Position numbers and translations under genes: made by a program
Notes under the pieces: generated by a model
Seen by the model: the letters and a program-made list of their open reading frames with translations, nothing else
What the model was told of the DNA's origin: nothing
Database searches by the model: none
Assembly (NCBI GenBank): GCA_964016885.1
Contig: OZ024744.1
Coordinates: 50,530,001 to 50,594,000 of the forward strand
From: Eledone cirrhosa
Taxonomy: Eukaryota
Reading direction: 5' to 3'
DNA length: 64,000 bases
In this document: positions 38,571 to 51,715 of the stretch, piece by piece
How the letters are laid out: the number at the start of each line of letters is the position of its first letter
Numbering within the stretch: the first letter of the stretch is position 1

Positions 38571-39740
38571 ATATGTATGTATGTATGTTTGTATGTATGT
38601 ATGTATGTATATATGTATGTATGTATATGTGTGTGTATGTATATATATATATGTATGTATATGTGTGTGTATGTATATATATATGTATGTGTATGTGTAT
38701 ATATATATATATGTATGTATGTATGTATATGTATGTATATGTGTACATATATATATGTATGTATATGTGTATGTATGTATGTATATATATATATATATAT
38801 CAGCCACTCTGATTGGTGTATGAATACTATATATATGTAAAGTGGCTGATGATAGGATGTCCAATCATAGAAAGCATGCCAGACAAAGGGTTTAGAGGAC
38901 TTTCAGTTGTGTCCTCTCAAGTGCTGGTACCATAATAAAATTCACTTGGTAGAATTGGGAGTGTATGTATGCAAGATGGAAACTTCTGGCCTGTTTGAGA
39001 GGTCTGCTTTCCCTGTAGCAAGGGTTGGATGCACGAAACACCCTCTGATAATGGGATTTTGTAGCTTTATTAATATATATATATATAATTGCACCCAGTA
39101 CAATCTGTAAAGTGGTGACACAGGTGCTGCAAGAAATTTCTCCAGTACACACTGTAAAGCGGTTTGCATTGGGGAGAGCATCCAACTATTGAAACCATGC
39201 TAAAATAGAATGTATGAACAAAATGTGGTCATGTGACCCCCTAGCTTCAGAATGTAAGAACCTGTCTAATCCATGATAGCATGGGAAATATACATAAAAT
39301 GGTGATATATCTAAAGAGAGAGAAAGTGTTCTTGACAGAGTAACACATACACACCACTCAGTTCTGTAGAAACCATGCTAAGAAAAGGTTGAGAGGACTT
39401 TGCCAATTTCAAAGACATGACAACCTCTTTATGGCACTTGCACTGATAGAATGCACCTGATGCACTCTGTAGAGTACAAAAATATAAGCAAGCTCTGTAC
39501 TCCCAGCTGATGTTGGAGATCAGTTGCTCAAATTAAGTACTGGCTTGGTATGTGATGACCCATCTAACTTTTGCTAGTATATAGAATGGATGGTTAATGA
39601 TGATATGTTTAGGTACTAACTTACTAATGAAATAATTAATAATTTTAACAAGTCTCTAAAAGCTCTTCATTAATTAATTGTATGATGAAGAATGCTTATA
39701 TGAACGTATATATAATTTTCTCACCACATTTCCTTTTCAG

Positions 39741-39862
39741 TACATTGCATTACCCCCCATAAGATCATGGCCTTATCAGAATGGCTGGGCTTTTTCCTGC
39801 TGGCTCCGGTTAGATCCAGTTACAGGGGTCACCGTCGAGAAAGAAAAACCCTATCTTTATTG
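39741..39862 (+). CDS. Nbea: Neurobeachin/LRBA exon 2 (YIALPPIRSWPYQNGWAFSCWLRLDPVTGVTVEKEKPYLY + TG)
   Basis: ccttttcag acceptor and gtaagc donor; 122 nt. The terminal TG joins the first T of the next exon to make Cys. Resembles NBEA IALPPIAKWPYQNG...KDKPYLYC. Confidence 0.95.
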
Positions 39863-39972
39863 GTAAGCATATGTTATGGTTTCGTGTTGAATATTTATTT
39901 TTTTGTTTTTGTTTTTTTATAGAAATGCATATACATTAGCATATAAGGGTGTTTCACACCATCATGTATACA

Positions 39973-40425
39973 ATACAAGGGAAAGTAAAAAATTTTACAT
40001 ATTCTACTTTCTGTAATTTATTAAAACAAAAGCAGGAGTTGAACAATTATATGATAGTCTCCTTGTTTTTGAACTTCTAACGATACGCAATCTTGCTTAT
40101 TCCATCAGAGAAGAATGTTTTTGGTTTGTCACTCAGCCTTTATGCTTCCTGCACTTCTTCATTCATAGCAAATCGACAACTTCGTAAAAGATGCTTGAGT
40201 GATCCAAAGAGTTGATAGTCAGAAGAGGCAAGATCTGAATTATATGCAGGGTGTTCCAGCAACTCGAAACACAATTTTTCAATGGTTTCAACAGTTTGGG
40301 CATGCATTGTCATGCAACAATAAAACTTGCTTTGACAGTAGACCTCAGTGTTTGGTGAAAATTGCTGGTTTCAGTTTGTTGACCAGCATTTCACTGTAGG
40401 TTTTGGTATTTTGATGTATGTTGTG
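39973..40425 (-). mobile_element. Mariner transposase C-terminal relic
   Basis: Minus strand VLLLHDNACP and YNSDLASSDYQLFGSLK resemble the mariner HDNARPH and YSPDLAPSDYHLF motifs. Confidence 0.75.
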
Positions 40426-40428
40426 TTA

Positions 40429-40758
40429 AGGCACATGGCTTAGTGGTTAGAGTATTGGCCTTGCAATCGAAAGGTTGTGAGTTCAATTCTCAGACCGGGT
40501 GATGTGTTGTTTCCTTGAGCAAGACACTTTATTTCACATTGCTCCAGTTTACTTAGCTGTAGAAATGAGATGATAGGGACTGGGGTCCCTATCATTCCAC
40601 TGCAAAGTGGTCGTGGAGGTGCCACGGCAAAAAAGCACCCAACACTCACTGTAAATGAGGTTGGTGTTAAGAAGGGCATCCAGCTGTAGAAATCAAGCCA
40701 GAATCAGTTCCCGTCCCACCCTTGCAAGTAGGGAAAAGTGGACGTAAAATGAAATGAT
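40429..40758 (+). mobile_element. Intact tRNA-derived SINE family A (~330 bp)
   Basis: A/B boxes, CORE-like domain, 11-bp hairpin atgatagggac/gtccctatcat and RTE-type tail. Confidence 0.88.
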
Positions 40759-40779
40759 GTCTGTTTTCCATTTATGTTG

Positions 40780-41300
40780 TTGGATTTGTCTCCATTTATG
40801 CATTTTTGGTATACCACAAAAGTTGTTGGTCCTACTTCAAAGTTAGTTAAGTAATTGACTTCGTTCTGTGTTAGGTTATTTTGTTATAATTTTGCCTACT
40901 TGAATCATTGTTTTTTTCTTTTCTCGTGGCTTTTGTTTATTCTTTTGTAAAAGTGTTTGTCATTTAGCTGTTCTAGAACAATATCTTTGTGGTGATGTTT
41001 AATTATCAAGGAGTCTTTCTATAGTCTTTGTTTAGTGCTTGTAATTGGTCTGTAGGGATGTTAGGTTTATAGTTCCACTCTGCAATCTTTGATTGTGCTG
41101 ATAATTGTAGGCAGGTTATGTTTTCTTCCAAATGTCTCTCTATTTTAGGAAGTTTCAAACACTTAAGTTGGACTAGTGATTCATTTTCATTTTCTATATT
41201 CTGGAAGAATTCTCTTTGTTGCATTTTTAGACTTCAGTTCATTAAACTAAGTTTAATATCTTGTGTTAATTTTTTGTTAAATAAATTATTTTAGGTTCAA
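40780..41300 (-). mobile_element. Decayed Penelope-like RT N-terminal fragment
   Basis: Minus strand NIPTDQLQAL, KDIVLEQLNDKHF and FCGIPKMHK (compare the PLE motif FYGLPKIHK). Confidence 0.5.
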
Positions 41301-41944
41301 TTGTGTCTTTGTCTTCTAGTTCCACTTAAAGGGATGGCGTTTTTTTTTTTTTCTAGGAGGAGATCTTTGTGTTAAAAAATTATTCCCATTTATAACAGGT
41401 GTTTCTATTAAAATTTTCTATTCTTCTGTTTAATATTTTGTGTTCATAATTTCTAGACCAGGGGAATCTTGTTTGTTAGTTTACATATAGTTTTTTTACC
41501 CTGCTGTTGTTCCATTTAGTCCTCATTGTTCTTTGACTTAGTTGTTATTGTCTTTGATGGGAGATGTATCTGGTTTAAACTAACCATCCCAACACCCTAC
41601 CATCCCCCAACTCCAATACTTTTCTCTCTAAATCACTAAATAATGAAACATGTTTACCGCTTTCTAATTTGATTTGCACATTTTTTGTATAAACACACAT
41701 CCCACCTTCAGTCAGACACTTATACCAAGACTATATTAACAGCAAGACCAAGAAGTTAAAAATTAATTTAAAGATTGCTGTAATTTAAGAAACTTCTTCA
41801 AAATACCTGATTACTAGAGTTACAAGAACTACATATTGCAAAACATTCGATCATTAAAGAATAATTACTAAAAAAGTCATTCTTATAATTTTTCGTATAT
41901 ATTTTACTGTACCAAGGATTATCTTCATTTTATAACACACACGT

Positions 41945-42235
41945 ACGTGATAGAACTGGGGCCCATTTCAATAAAACATTTGAAAACCGTCCTAGGAGAT
42001 GCAACCTCATATGTTTAAGATGTAACAACATATGTGTGTGTATGATAGAACTGGAACCCCTATCCTTAAAACACCCAAGAAACCTGCTATGAGATACAAC
42101 CTTGTAGAGGCCATCTACCTACCTAGTGGTAAGCTGTAACAACATATATGTGTATGATATAACTGGGGCCCCCTATCATTAAAACACCTGGGAAACCTTC
42201 TATAAAGTGCAGCCTCATATGATGTCAGCTACACC
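41945..42235. repeat. Three imperfect ~95-110 bp tandem units upstream of exon 3
   Basis: tgata(g/t)aactgg...taaaaca...aaacc...caacct repeated at about 41948, 42042 and 42155. Confidence 0.6.
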
Positions 42236-42375
42236 TAATTTATTTAGTGATCAACCATTTTATGATCATCTGAGTTGGGGCACATACATTTCAAATGTTT
42301 CTTGAGTCAGCTGTTTTGTTTACACCTATTTGAAATCCTTTTTTTTTTTTTTACATTTTTCTCTCTCCTTTTTAG

Positions 42376-42502
42376 TTTCCGTACAAGCAAAGGGGTAGGT
42401 TATTCAGCCCATTTCCTCGGAAGTTCCCTTGTGATAACCTCAATGAAATTAAAGGGCAAAGGATTCCAGCATTGTGTAAAATATGAATTTGCCCCCAGAA
42501 AG
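42376..42502 (+). CDS. Nbea: Neurobeachin/LRBA exon 3 ([42 protein letters not shown])
   Basis: cctttttag acceptor and gtaaat donor; 127 nt restores the frame. Resembles NBEA FRTSKGLGYSAHF...GKGFQHCVK. Confidence 0.95.
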
Positions 42503-42554
42503 GTAAATACTTATTTGTTATTTTTTCAAAGTATTGTTATATATAACTTTTAGA

Positions 42555-44897
42555 AACAGCCACAATGACAGAGGAGGGAGACATCGTTATGCTAGCAGGG
42601 GACTTCAATGGTCATGTTGGACAGCTCCAGGATGGATACAATGGGGTACCTGGTGGGCACGGTTATGGCGGAAGAAACGAAGGAGTGAGGCTTCTTGAAT
42701 TTTGTGATGCAAGTGCACTAACTTCAAGAAACCTACCAACCACCTAATAACCTACAAATCAAGCGAACACATAAGCCAGATTGACTTCTAGTTAGGCAGC
42801 GAGACAGACAGATGGTATCAAATACTAAGGCATACCCTGGGGAAGAATGTACCCCACAGCATAGGTTAGTAATTAGTCACATCTCTGTAAGCAAGAGACA
42901 AAATGAGACATACAGGAAGGTGTGGAAATCACTAAAATATAAATTTAGGAAGCCCTTCAAGATGGTATGAAGAAAAAGATGATTTAGAATCATATGACAT
43001 GATGATAACTGGAATTTCTTACGTGACAATTTACTGCAGGCTACTGAAGAAACTTGTGGCTGGAGCAGAGCTCCGACCAGACAGAGAGTGACCTGGTGGT
43101 GGAACAGCATGGTAGATAGGGCCATTAGAGACAAAAGACTAGCATGGAACACTTTGGAAAATGGTGGGAGTAGAGACATATACACAGTCGCTAAGAGAGA
43201 AGCTAGAAGTCGGGTGTACTTAGCACGCCAGACGCTGAGAGTAGGAGGTTTGCCAATGTTCTGCGACGGGAAGATCAGAGGCGTGCGGTGTTCTGCATTG
43301 CAAGGCAGTGTGTCTGTGTAAATCAGGATGTTGTTGGAGATAAGTTTGTCCGGGATGATGCTGGAGTACTTAGTGTCACGAATGATCAGGAAAAGGTGCC
43401 ATGGAAATGTCATAATGAGAGACTGATGAATGTGGAGAACGAATGGGAGAGAGATAAACTACCCCCAGTAGACCTGACAGAGGGACCAGCTATTGAGATT
43501 GACGAATATAGGGTCCAAGAGGCAGTTAAGGAAATGAAAAATGGTAAGGCCGCTAGACCGTCGGGGATAGTTGCTGAGATGCTGAAGGCATCAGGAGAAG
43601 TAGGCACTAAACTGGTTGCACACATCAATCAAGCTATATATGGTGGTGTCATACCCAAAGACTGGTGCAGCAGTATTCTCATAAATTGCTACAAAGGTAA
43701 TGGGGATGCTCTGGAGAGGAGCAATTATAGGGGCATAAAGCTGATGGATCAGGTTATGAAAGTGGCAGAAAGAATATTAGCACAACTAATTAGAGAAAAT
43801 GCCAAATTAGATGAGATTCAGTTTGGTTTTGTGACTGGGAAAAGTACAACAGATGCCTGCTTCTTAGTGAGACAACTACAAGAGAGGTTCTTAGAGAAGA
43901 ATAAGCCACTATACTTAGCTTTTGTTGACCTAAAGAAGGCCTTTGATAGGGTACCCCAATCTGTCATCTGGTGGTCCCTAAGGAAACTAGGTGTAGAAGA
44001 ATGGCTTGTGAGGACAGTGCAAGCTATGTACAGAGGTACTCTCAGTAAAGTCAGGGTAGGAATGGAGTTTAGTGAGGAATTCCAGATACAAGTAGGAGTA
44101 CATCAGTGTTCGGTCCTCAGCCCGCTCTTGTTCATTATAGTCCTCCAAGCCATAACAAAGGAGTTTAAGAATGGATGCCCATGGGAACTTCTCTATGCTG
44201 GCGATAGCAGAATCAGTAGAGGAGCTAGAGAATAAATTCTGGCTATGGAAACAGCAGTTGGAAGCAAGTGGACTGAGAGTGAACCTAGCTAAGACAAAAG
44301 TGTTGATGAGTAGAAAAGAGGACAAAATTCTGATTCCGTCAGGGAAATGGCCATGTTCGATATGCAGAAAAGGAACTGGCATAAATTCTATAAAATGCAC
44401 ACAATGCAGATCTTGGGATGATGTAGTGGGATAACAGGCAAACTAACAGGTATGGAAAACTATGTATGCTGTAGATGTACAGGGAAATTTGACAGTAGAA
44501 GTTGCGGTGATACTCATTTTTCAAATGGAGGTGGGTTCTATAGAAGTGGTTGATAGCTTCCGGGACCTAGGTGATCAGATTAGCATGGGAGGGGGTGTCC
44601 CGAGGCCATAGAATGTAGAATAAGGACGGGTTGGAAGAAGTTTAGGAAGCTGCTTCCTCTGTTGACAACGAAGGGTTTCTCCCTGCGTATGAAAGGCCAG
44701 TTGTATGATGCCTGTGTGAGATGTGTGATGCTGCATGGTAGTGAGACATGGGGCACAACTGCAGAGGATATGCAACGGTCCTTCGTCATCTCCTCTGTGA
44801 GCTTTAGCGATGTGAGGTCTGCTCTCACCACCTCCACCCATGATTTTTGTGGTCTTCCTCTACTGCATGGAAAATGGACGTTAAATGGTGATGATGG
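42555..44897 (+). mobile_element. Decayed RTE family C copy with a short inverted segment (about 44776-44865)
   Basis: GDFNGH, TWWWN, FVDLKKAFD and LHGSETW, then an antisense 3' piece and a sense tail. Confidence 0.88.
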
Positions 44898-47278
44898 TGT
44901 GTGTGTGTATGATATTGTTATTGTATTCATCATCATCATTATCGTTTAACGTCTATCTTCCATGCTAGCATGTATTGCCAGATGCAAAATCATAACCCAA
45001 TACCTCTCCCATTGTGGGATGACCCCTCTGCAAGCAACATGTAGATTCCTGTCCCACTCCCTCTCACTTATCCTACACTCCCTACTGGGCCATGTACACA
45101 ATGAGCATCTAAATGGTATAATGAAGTAGTGCTGGTTCCATGACAGAATACACCCAGTCTACTCTGTGAAGTGGTAGTGCTGGTGCTACAACAAAAAGCA
45201 CCTAGTTCACCCTGTAAAATGGTAGTACTGGTGCCATGTCAAAAAAATGCCTAGTTGACTTCATAAAGTACTGGTGCCACTATAAAAAGCACCTGCTTCA
45301 CTCTGTAAAGTGGTTGTGTTGGTGCCATGACAAGCACCAAGTCCATCCTGTAATGTGATAATGTTGGTGCCATGATAACATGCTCCCAGTCCACAATGTA
45401 AAGTTATTGGTAATAGGAAGGATATCTCACCATAGAAAATCAAGCCAGGAATGGAATGTATCAGCAAGACATTGTCACCTGACCTCTCTAGCCTCATAAC
45501 ATTACAACCTGCCTAACCCATGCAAGAATGGAAAATAGATATAAAATGGTGATGGTGATAATAGAATATGAAAGCACATACAATATGTCTATGAATAATA
45601 AACATATAGTTTCGCTTTGTGTATTTAAAGCTCATTTTTCACTAAAGATGGATAAAAATCATGAAAAACTAATGTTTAGTGGTTTTACATGGCTATTGAG
45701 GTAACTATGATATGATCACAACTTAAATATACCCACATTGAAACTATATGTATGTTAATTATGCATAAATGTCATCATCATCATCTGTTTTTCCAAGAGT
45801 TATCTCTCAGGCAGATTGAGGGCCTGCATCATGCTTACATACATATGTTCTCACACTCTAGAGTGTACTTGATGCATTTTAATCATAGTAGCAGCACTAA
45901 GGAGATCATCATGTCCTTAACAAAACAAAATGATCCTCTCAATACTTAGTTAGACATGGTTTCTATGGCTAGATGATCTTCCTATCACCAACCACTTTAC
46001 AGGGTGTACTGGGTGCACCAACACAACTGAAAAGTCCTGTCAACCCTTTTCTTTCAATGAATTGTTATTGTGGTACTGAATTGTGTTGCATTGTATCGTA
46101 ATGCACTCATTGCACTCTGTAAAATGTTACTTGTGGTGCCACAATAATATGCACCCTGTCCATTCTGTAAATTGGTAGTGGTTTGTGTCACAAAAAATGT
46201 CACCCAGTATACCCCTGTAAGGTGAATAGTGATAAAAAGGGCATTCACCAGTAGAAACAAAAGGTCAAGAGGATTGTTGAGTAGTGCCAAAGGCATGCTG
46301 GTGACGCAATAAATAGCACCCAATACACTCTATAAAAAGGCTAGTGATAAGAAAGGCATCCAGTTGTAAAGGTTTGCTTTAAAAGGATCCCATGGTGACT
46401 ATGAAGCCTATCATGCACCCCTGTAATACTAACTCCTTTTTTTTTTTTTACTGGGAAAATAGTAATGAAATACAATTGTATTAAGATAACTTAATATATA
46501 GTTCTTATATAAAATTACATTGGAAGATTTTAATTTAAATAGAAACCCTTTGAAATGGGTGGTTTTATTTCAGACACAAGAGACAATTTTGGGTGAGTTT
46601 GTCTCAAAAGTCAATGAAGATTTTTGAAAGATTTACTAAAATTATTTATTGCTTAATTACTAAGACAGTAACTTAACATATGATTCTTATATACAATTAT
46701 TTAGGATGGTATATTAATTTAAATAGGAACTCTCTTTAAAATAGGTTTTGTTTCAGAGAACCAGAGCTGGTTTGGCATGAAAACGGTCAATGAAGAATTT
46801 TGAGATTTACTAGAATTATTCTATTAATAAGATACCAGTCCACACTGTAAAGTGGTTGTGTTGGCGACACAACAAAAAACGACCAGTCCACACTGTAAAG
46901 TGGTCTCGTTGGCAACACGGCAAGAAGTGCCCAGCACACATGGTAAATGTGGTTGGCATTAGGAAGGGCATCCAGCCATAGAAACCAAGCCAAAATCAGT
47001 TCTGTGTGAGTGAAACACAGTTCTTCAACCTGGATCTCTCACAACAGGACAGCCCGTCCTACCCATGCTAGCGTGGAAAATGGACAGTAAACGATGATGA
47101 TGATATTGATGATAGTAACTTAACATATGAGTATGAAATCTATCATAGAGTTCTGCAGGGCTCTAGCAGGAAAAAATGGCCTTAAAATGTTTGTTTGGGG
47201 AGGGGAGGGGTGTAAAAATACAACAAAACAATGATGATGATGATAATTTCTTTTGTGTGTATCTGTGTTTGCTTTCAG

Positions 47279-47398
47279 TGGTACATGGTGACAGTATGCC
47301 ACGTATATTATCGATGGAGCCGTTCGGAGTTGCGTTGCTATGTGGACGGAGAGTTGGTGTCATTCACAGACATGTCTTGGCTGGTCAGCACAAATGAC
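47279..47398 (+). CDS. Nbea: Neurobeachin/LRBA exon 4 (WYMVTVCHVYYRWSRSELRCYVDGELVSFTDMSWLVSTND)
   Basis: gctttcag acceptor and gtgagt donor; 120 nt. ConA-like/LamG strand motif WYMVT...SELRCYV.G. Confidence 0.95.
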
Positions 47399-47485
47399 GT
47401 GAGTTTTATATTTATTAATCCTTTTATTGTCGTATTTCAAATGAAACTACTTATGTGTTTCAATTAATTTTGAAAATAACCAAAA

Positions 47486-48010
47486 GTGCCAGAATTGCAG
47501 GAGTTGGTGCAGTAATGCACCAACTTCAGCATTCAGTAATCAGAAGCAAGCTAGTTGTAAAAGCCAAACTCGCTATCTTCAATTCCGTATTCATGCCAAC
47601 CCTTACCTATGGTCATGAATCTTGGGTAATGACTGAAAGAATACAAGTGGTCGGAATGGGGTTCCTCTGAAGGGTCTTTGGAGTAGCGTTACTTGATAGT
47701 GTGTAGCTCAGAGATCAAAGAGCTGCTACTTCTCTGAATTGAGAGATCACTTACTATGGGCATGTGATTAAAATGTCTCGGGGAAAGAATCACTGGACAA
47801 ATTTTATTGGCAAAATCAACTGGCAGGAAACCCAGGGGTAGACTCTGAGCAAGATGGTTAGATAACATCCATGAGTTTGGCTGGTCTCGCTTGAGGATCC
47901 AGTCGGATTAGTTGGAGATCATTGCTTTTGACAGGATCCACTGGAAGGAGTGTTTGAGGACTCTATCCTCCCGACCCTCTCAGGAATAAGTGGGCGAAGA
48001 AGAAAAGAGA
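47486..48010 (+). mobile_element. Rex3/Expander-like RTE 3' fragment
   Basis: KAKLAIFNSVFMPTLTYGHESWVMTER; purine-rich gaaga tail. Confidence 0.7.
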
Positions 48011-49791
48011 CCAAACATTTAGAGAAATTCGATGTAATAACTAAGCTTTTCATTAGTAAGCAGATATTTAAAGTATTACTTAATGATAATTACTAAAACA
48101 ATGTTAGGATAGGTTTTAATATAACAATAACTTTTAAAATGTGCAGTTTTGTATCATAAATCAAGGGTAGTTTCAGGTGGTTTAGTATCAAAAGCTTTAA
48201 CATCTTATCACATCGACTTCCAGTACATATTCTTTTCAAGTCTGGTACTTATTTTATTGATTTTTTTTTTTTTTTTTGTTTTTTTTTTTGTCGAACTATT
48301 AAACATAAACACAGACACATACAAGGTAGTTTCTATCCGCAAAATTCCACTCACAAAGCATTATTCAACCCAAAATTATAATTAGAAGTCACTTGCCCAA
48401 GGTGATGGGTACTGAGATTGAACCAGATCCAACAGAGTTGCGAAGTGAACTCCTTAACTACTCAGCTATGCCTGCGCAAAAAAAGCAATTAATTAGAAAT
48501 CTCCTCTCTAAAAATTGATAGATTTTTTTTTTATTTGTTTACAAGTGTTAAAAGGGATGTCAAATGTAAGGGAGATAACTTCCTATGTTTCGGTATTGCT
48601 GCGAGTGTGTTGGTTTACCTCAAAAAGCATTCTGTAAGAATGTGATTCTTATTGTATATAATACGAATATTTATATAAACCTATTAACGTGAATAATTAA
48701 CATAAATTTTATTTACATAAACAAGATGAGAAAAAATAAATGACCCATCCACTCCGTAAGGTAGTCGTACCGGTGACACGACAAAAAGCATCTTGTTCAA
48801 CCTGTAAGATGGTCATGCTGCTGACATGACAAAAAGCACATAGTCCACCCTGTTAGATGGTTGTTTCAGTGCCATGACAAAAAGTACCCAGATCACACTG
48901 TAACATGGTTGGTGTTAGAAAGGGCATACAACTGTAAAAACCAAGCTAAAATACAGATCCGTATGAGATGTAGTCACCTGAGCTGACTTGTTTCATAACG
49001 TGACAACCTGTCTAACACATGCAAACGTGGAAAAATGAACATTAAATGATGGGGATGATAAAGATGGGAGAGAGCGACCTCTACACCCTTGTCTAAGTTG
49101 TATGTGTCAGTGTTGAATTGCAACCAAGATATCGAAAGCACTGCCGTGAAGAGCAACCAGTGACATTTGCTGAATGTACCACTCCACCTTGCAGGGCTCT
49201 TTCATTAGGTGGGATACACTCCCTTTGATTTTACAGAGGAAATGAGCAATCCAGGGACTGAGAATACCAAAGGTCTTGCATGAAAAGGAAATTGGTCAAG
49301 TCCTGGTATTTGTATATTTTCACAATATGGGCAGTACATGTTTAAGTTTCAATAAATATGTGTTGTGTTTTGCCGATTTCTTTTTATCCTGGATGTTTTC
49401 TTTAAAGAATGTTTGATGAACAATATTGGTGCTTTAATTTATTATAAGAATATTTACCATATATACTCAAATACAAGCCACGTCTGAGAAATAGACAAAA
49501 ATCAGAACCCCATTTATAAGCTGAGGCAACTGATCAACACGTTTAGATGGTGTAATTTTGGAATTCACATGAGTGGAAAATGTATTTATGAAGTTTTAAG
49601 ATTGTGATATTTAAAATGCTAGCGTGGACGATGGACGTTAAATGATGATGATGATGTTGTTTAGAGTATAGTTTTTATTTCACAACTCCATTACGTAATG
49701 ATTTTGGTACTAATTCCCCACCATTTTGAAGGCTATATTCATTCAAAACATATCAAAAGCATTAGGAATTATGAATTTCATGTCAAAATGA

Positions 49792-50186
49792 TGTAATATT
49801 CACTTCCAAAGTGAAACTGGTGTAATATTCACCTCCAAAGTGAAACCGGTGTAATATTCACCTCCAAAGTGAAACCGGTGTAATATTCACCGCCAAAGTG
49901 AAACCGGTGTAATATTACACCGCCAAAGTGAAACCGGTGTAATATTCACCGCCAAAGTGAAACCGGTGTAATATTCACCGCCAAAGTGAAACCGGTGTAA
50001 TCACCTCCAAAGTGAAACTGGTGTAATATTCACCTCCAAAGTGAAACTAATGTAATATTCACCTCCAAAGTGAAACTGGTGTAATATTCACCTCCAAAGT
50101 GAAACTGGTGTAATATTCACCTCTAAAGTGAAACTGGTGTAATATTCACTGCCAAAGTGAAACTGGTGTAATATTCACCTCCAAAG
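49792..50186. repeat. 29-bp minisatellite, about 14 copies (tgtaatattcacc(t/g)ccaaagtgaaac(t/c)gg)
   Basis: Direct inspection; head-to-tail with no spacers. Confidence 0.95.
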
Positions 50187-50514
50187 CAGAAATGGTTTAA
50201 CATATCATTTACATAAAATATGGAAGTTGTTGAAAACAGGCAAAATGTTGCCCTTGAATATAAGCCAATCTCCCAATTTGTTATTTATTTATTTATTTTT
50301 TTTTTTTTTCCACATATTTCTCAGCATATATGCAAGTATATACGTTAGTTTATGAAGATGTTTTGTAATGAATATATATTTTTTACTGATTGTATAAACA
50401 TTTATCTATGCTGTGTATATAAAGCAGCAGAGTAACAGTGGTGGTGGTAGTAGTAGTAGCAATAGCAGAGCAATAGCAAATGATTATTATATGTGGATTC
50501 TATTTCTTTTCCAG

Positions 50515-50661
50515 CCATTTGACAAATGCTTCCTCGGAGCGAGTTCAGACGGAGATCCAGACACAATGTTTTGTGGGCAAATGTCAGCCGTGTATTTATT
50601 TAATGAATACCTCACTGCTAACCAAGTGTCAGCTATATACAGCCTAGGACCTGGATATAAG
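50515..50661 (+). CDS. Nbea: Neurobeachin/LRBA exon 5 (PFDKCFLGASSDGDPDTMFCGQMSAVYLFNEYLTANQVSAIYSLGPGYK)
   Basis: ttttccag acceptor and gtatac donor; 147 nt. Resembles NBEA FDKCFLG...FCGQM.AVYLF...AIY.LG.GYK. Confidence 0.95.
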
Positions 50662-50879
50662 GTATACAACATGTGGCCATTCAAATCACATCTACTCTCC
50701 AGCTTGGTATCACTCTTACACTTTTACTATTTCATATTCTTATCTTCTCTTACTCTGCTTTGATAAAGGATTCCACCTGAAACATTAGATCCATTTTCCT
50801 CCCCCAAATGTAACAATATTTGTTTCAACACATGATTTCATATCAAAAATCTTCCAAAACAAATTCATAGCTCTACATT

Positions 50880-51400
50880 TTTTTTTTATTTTTTGCTTAC
50901 CTGTTCTTAAATTTTTCGCTTCTCTCTTGCATACTATATCCAATTCCTCTTATACCAAGTTTTTCATTAAGCTCGCTTATCCTACATTGTTCCAGCACAC
51001 TGACATTACATATGCATTTGGAGCATTCTTGTTATACCTTCTAGCCTTCACAGGTCTTCTGCAGTCAAGGCTAGCATCATGCAGTCTAACCTTTGCTCTG
51101 AGCATAGCCTTTTGTTGTCAGCAGAGGTACCAACTTTCTCATCTTCTTCTAGCCTGTTTTTACCTTGGCTATCACACTTTCAGAGCATCCTCCTGCTCTG
51201 CTTATTAGATCACATAGGTAACCAAAGCTATCAACAACTTCTAGCTGTCCATCTCCATAGCTTCTGTGTACTCTTGTGAGTGCCCAACATGTCCAGTGAA
51301 GTTGCCTGCAGGGATGAGGTCAATGTCATCTATTATTGTAGTTGTCTGCAAGAGGTTCTCATAGAAATGAACTCTCTCTTCTCAACTTAGTCCTGTCATA
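50880..51400 (-). mobile_element. Highly decayed RTE APE/linker fragment
   Basis: Minus strand AGNFTGH-like and AREAR-like segments. Confidence 0.5.
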
Positions 51401-51657
51401 TATTCTAACTACCCCAATTACCTAATCTACCCACTTCTCAGCTAGTAAAATAATTACTCCACCATCTACCCCATTATCATTTCCTACCCAGTGTTTGTGA
51501 GTAGTCTAGCTAATGCGTTCCTCTCTCTCACCTTCCACACACAGCAATCTACCTGCTTCTTCTCAAGCATCTCTACAATTTCATTTAATCTCCCTTTTAA
51601 ATCTTGGTGTTTCGAATCTGTCAAAATGGCAAGAGCTCTGCATTTGGGCCCCGACTC

Positions 51658-51715
<58 letters not shown>

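Noticed and set aside
49792-50186. CRISPR-like 29-bp repeats with a palindrome
   Set aside because: Head-to-tail with no unique spacers, no cas genes, and located in a eukaryotic intron.
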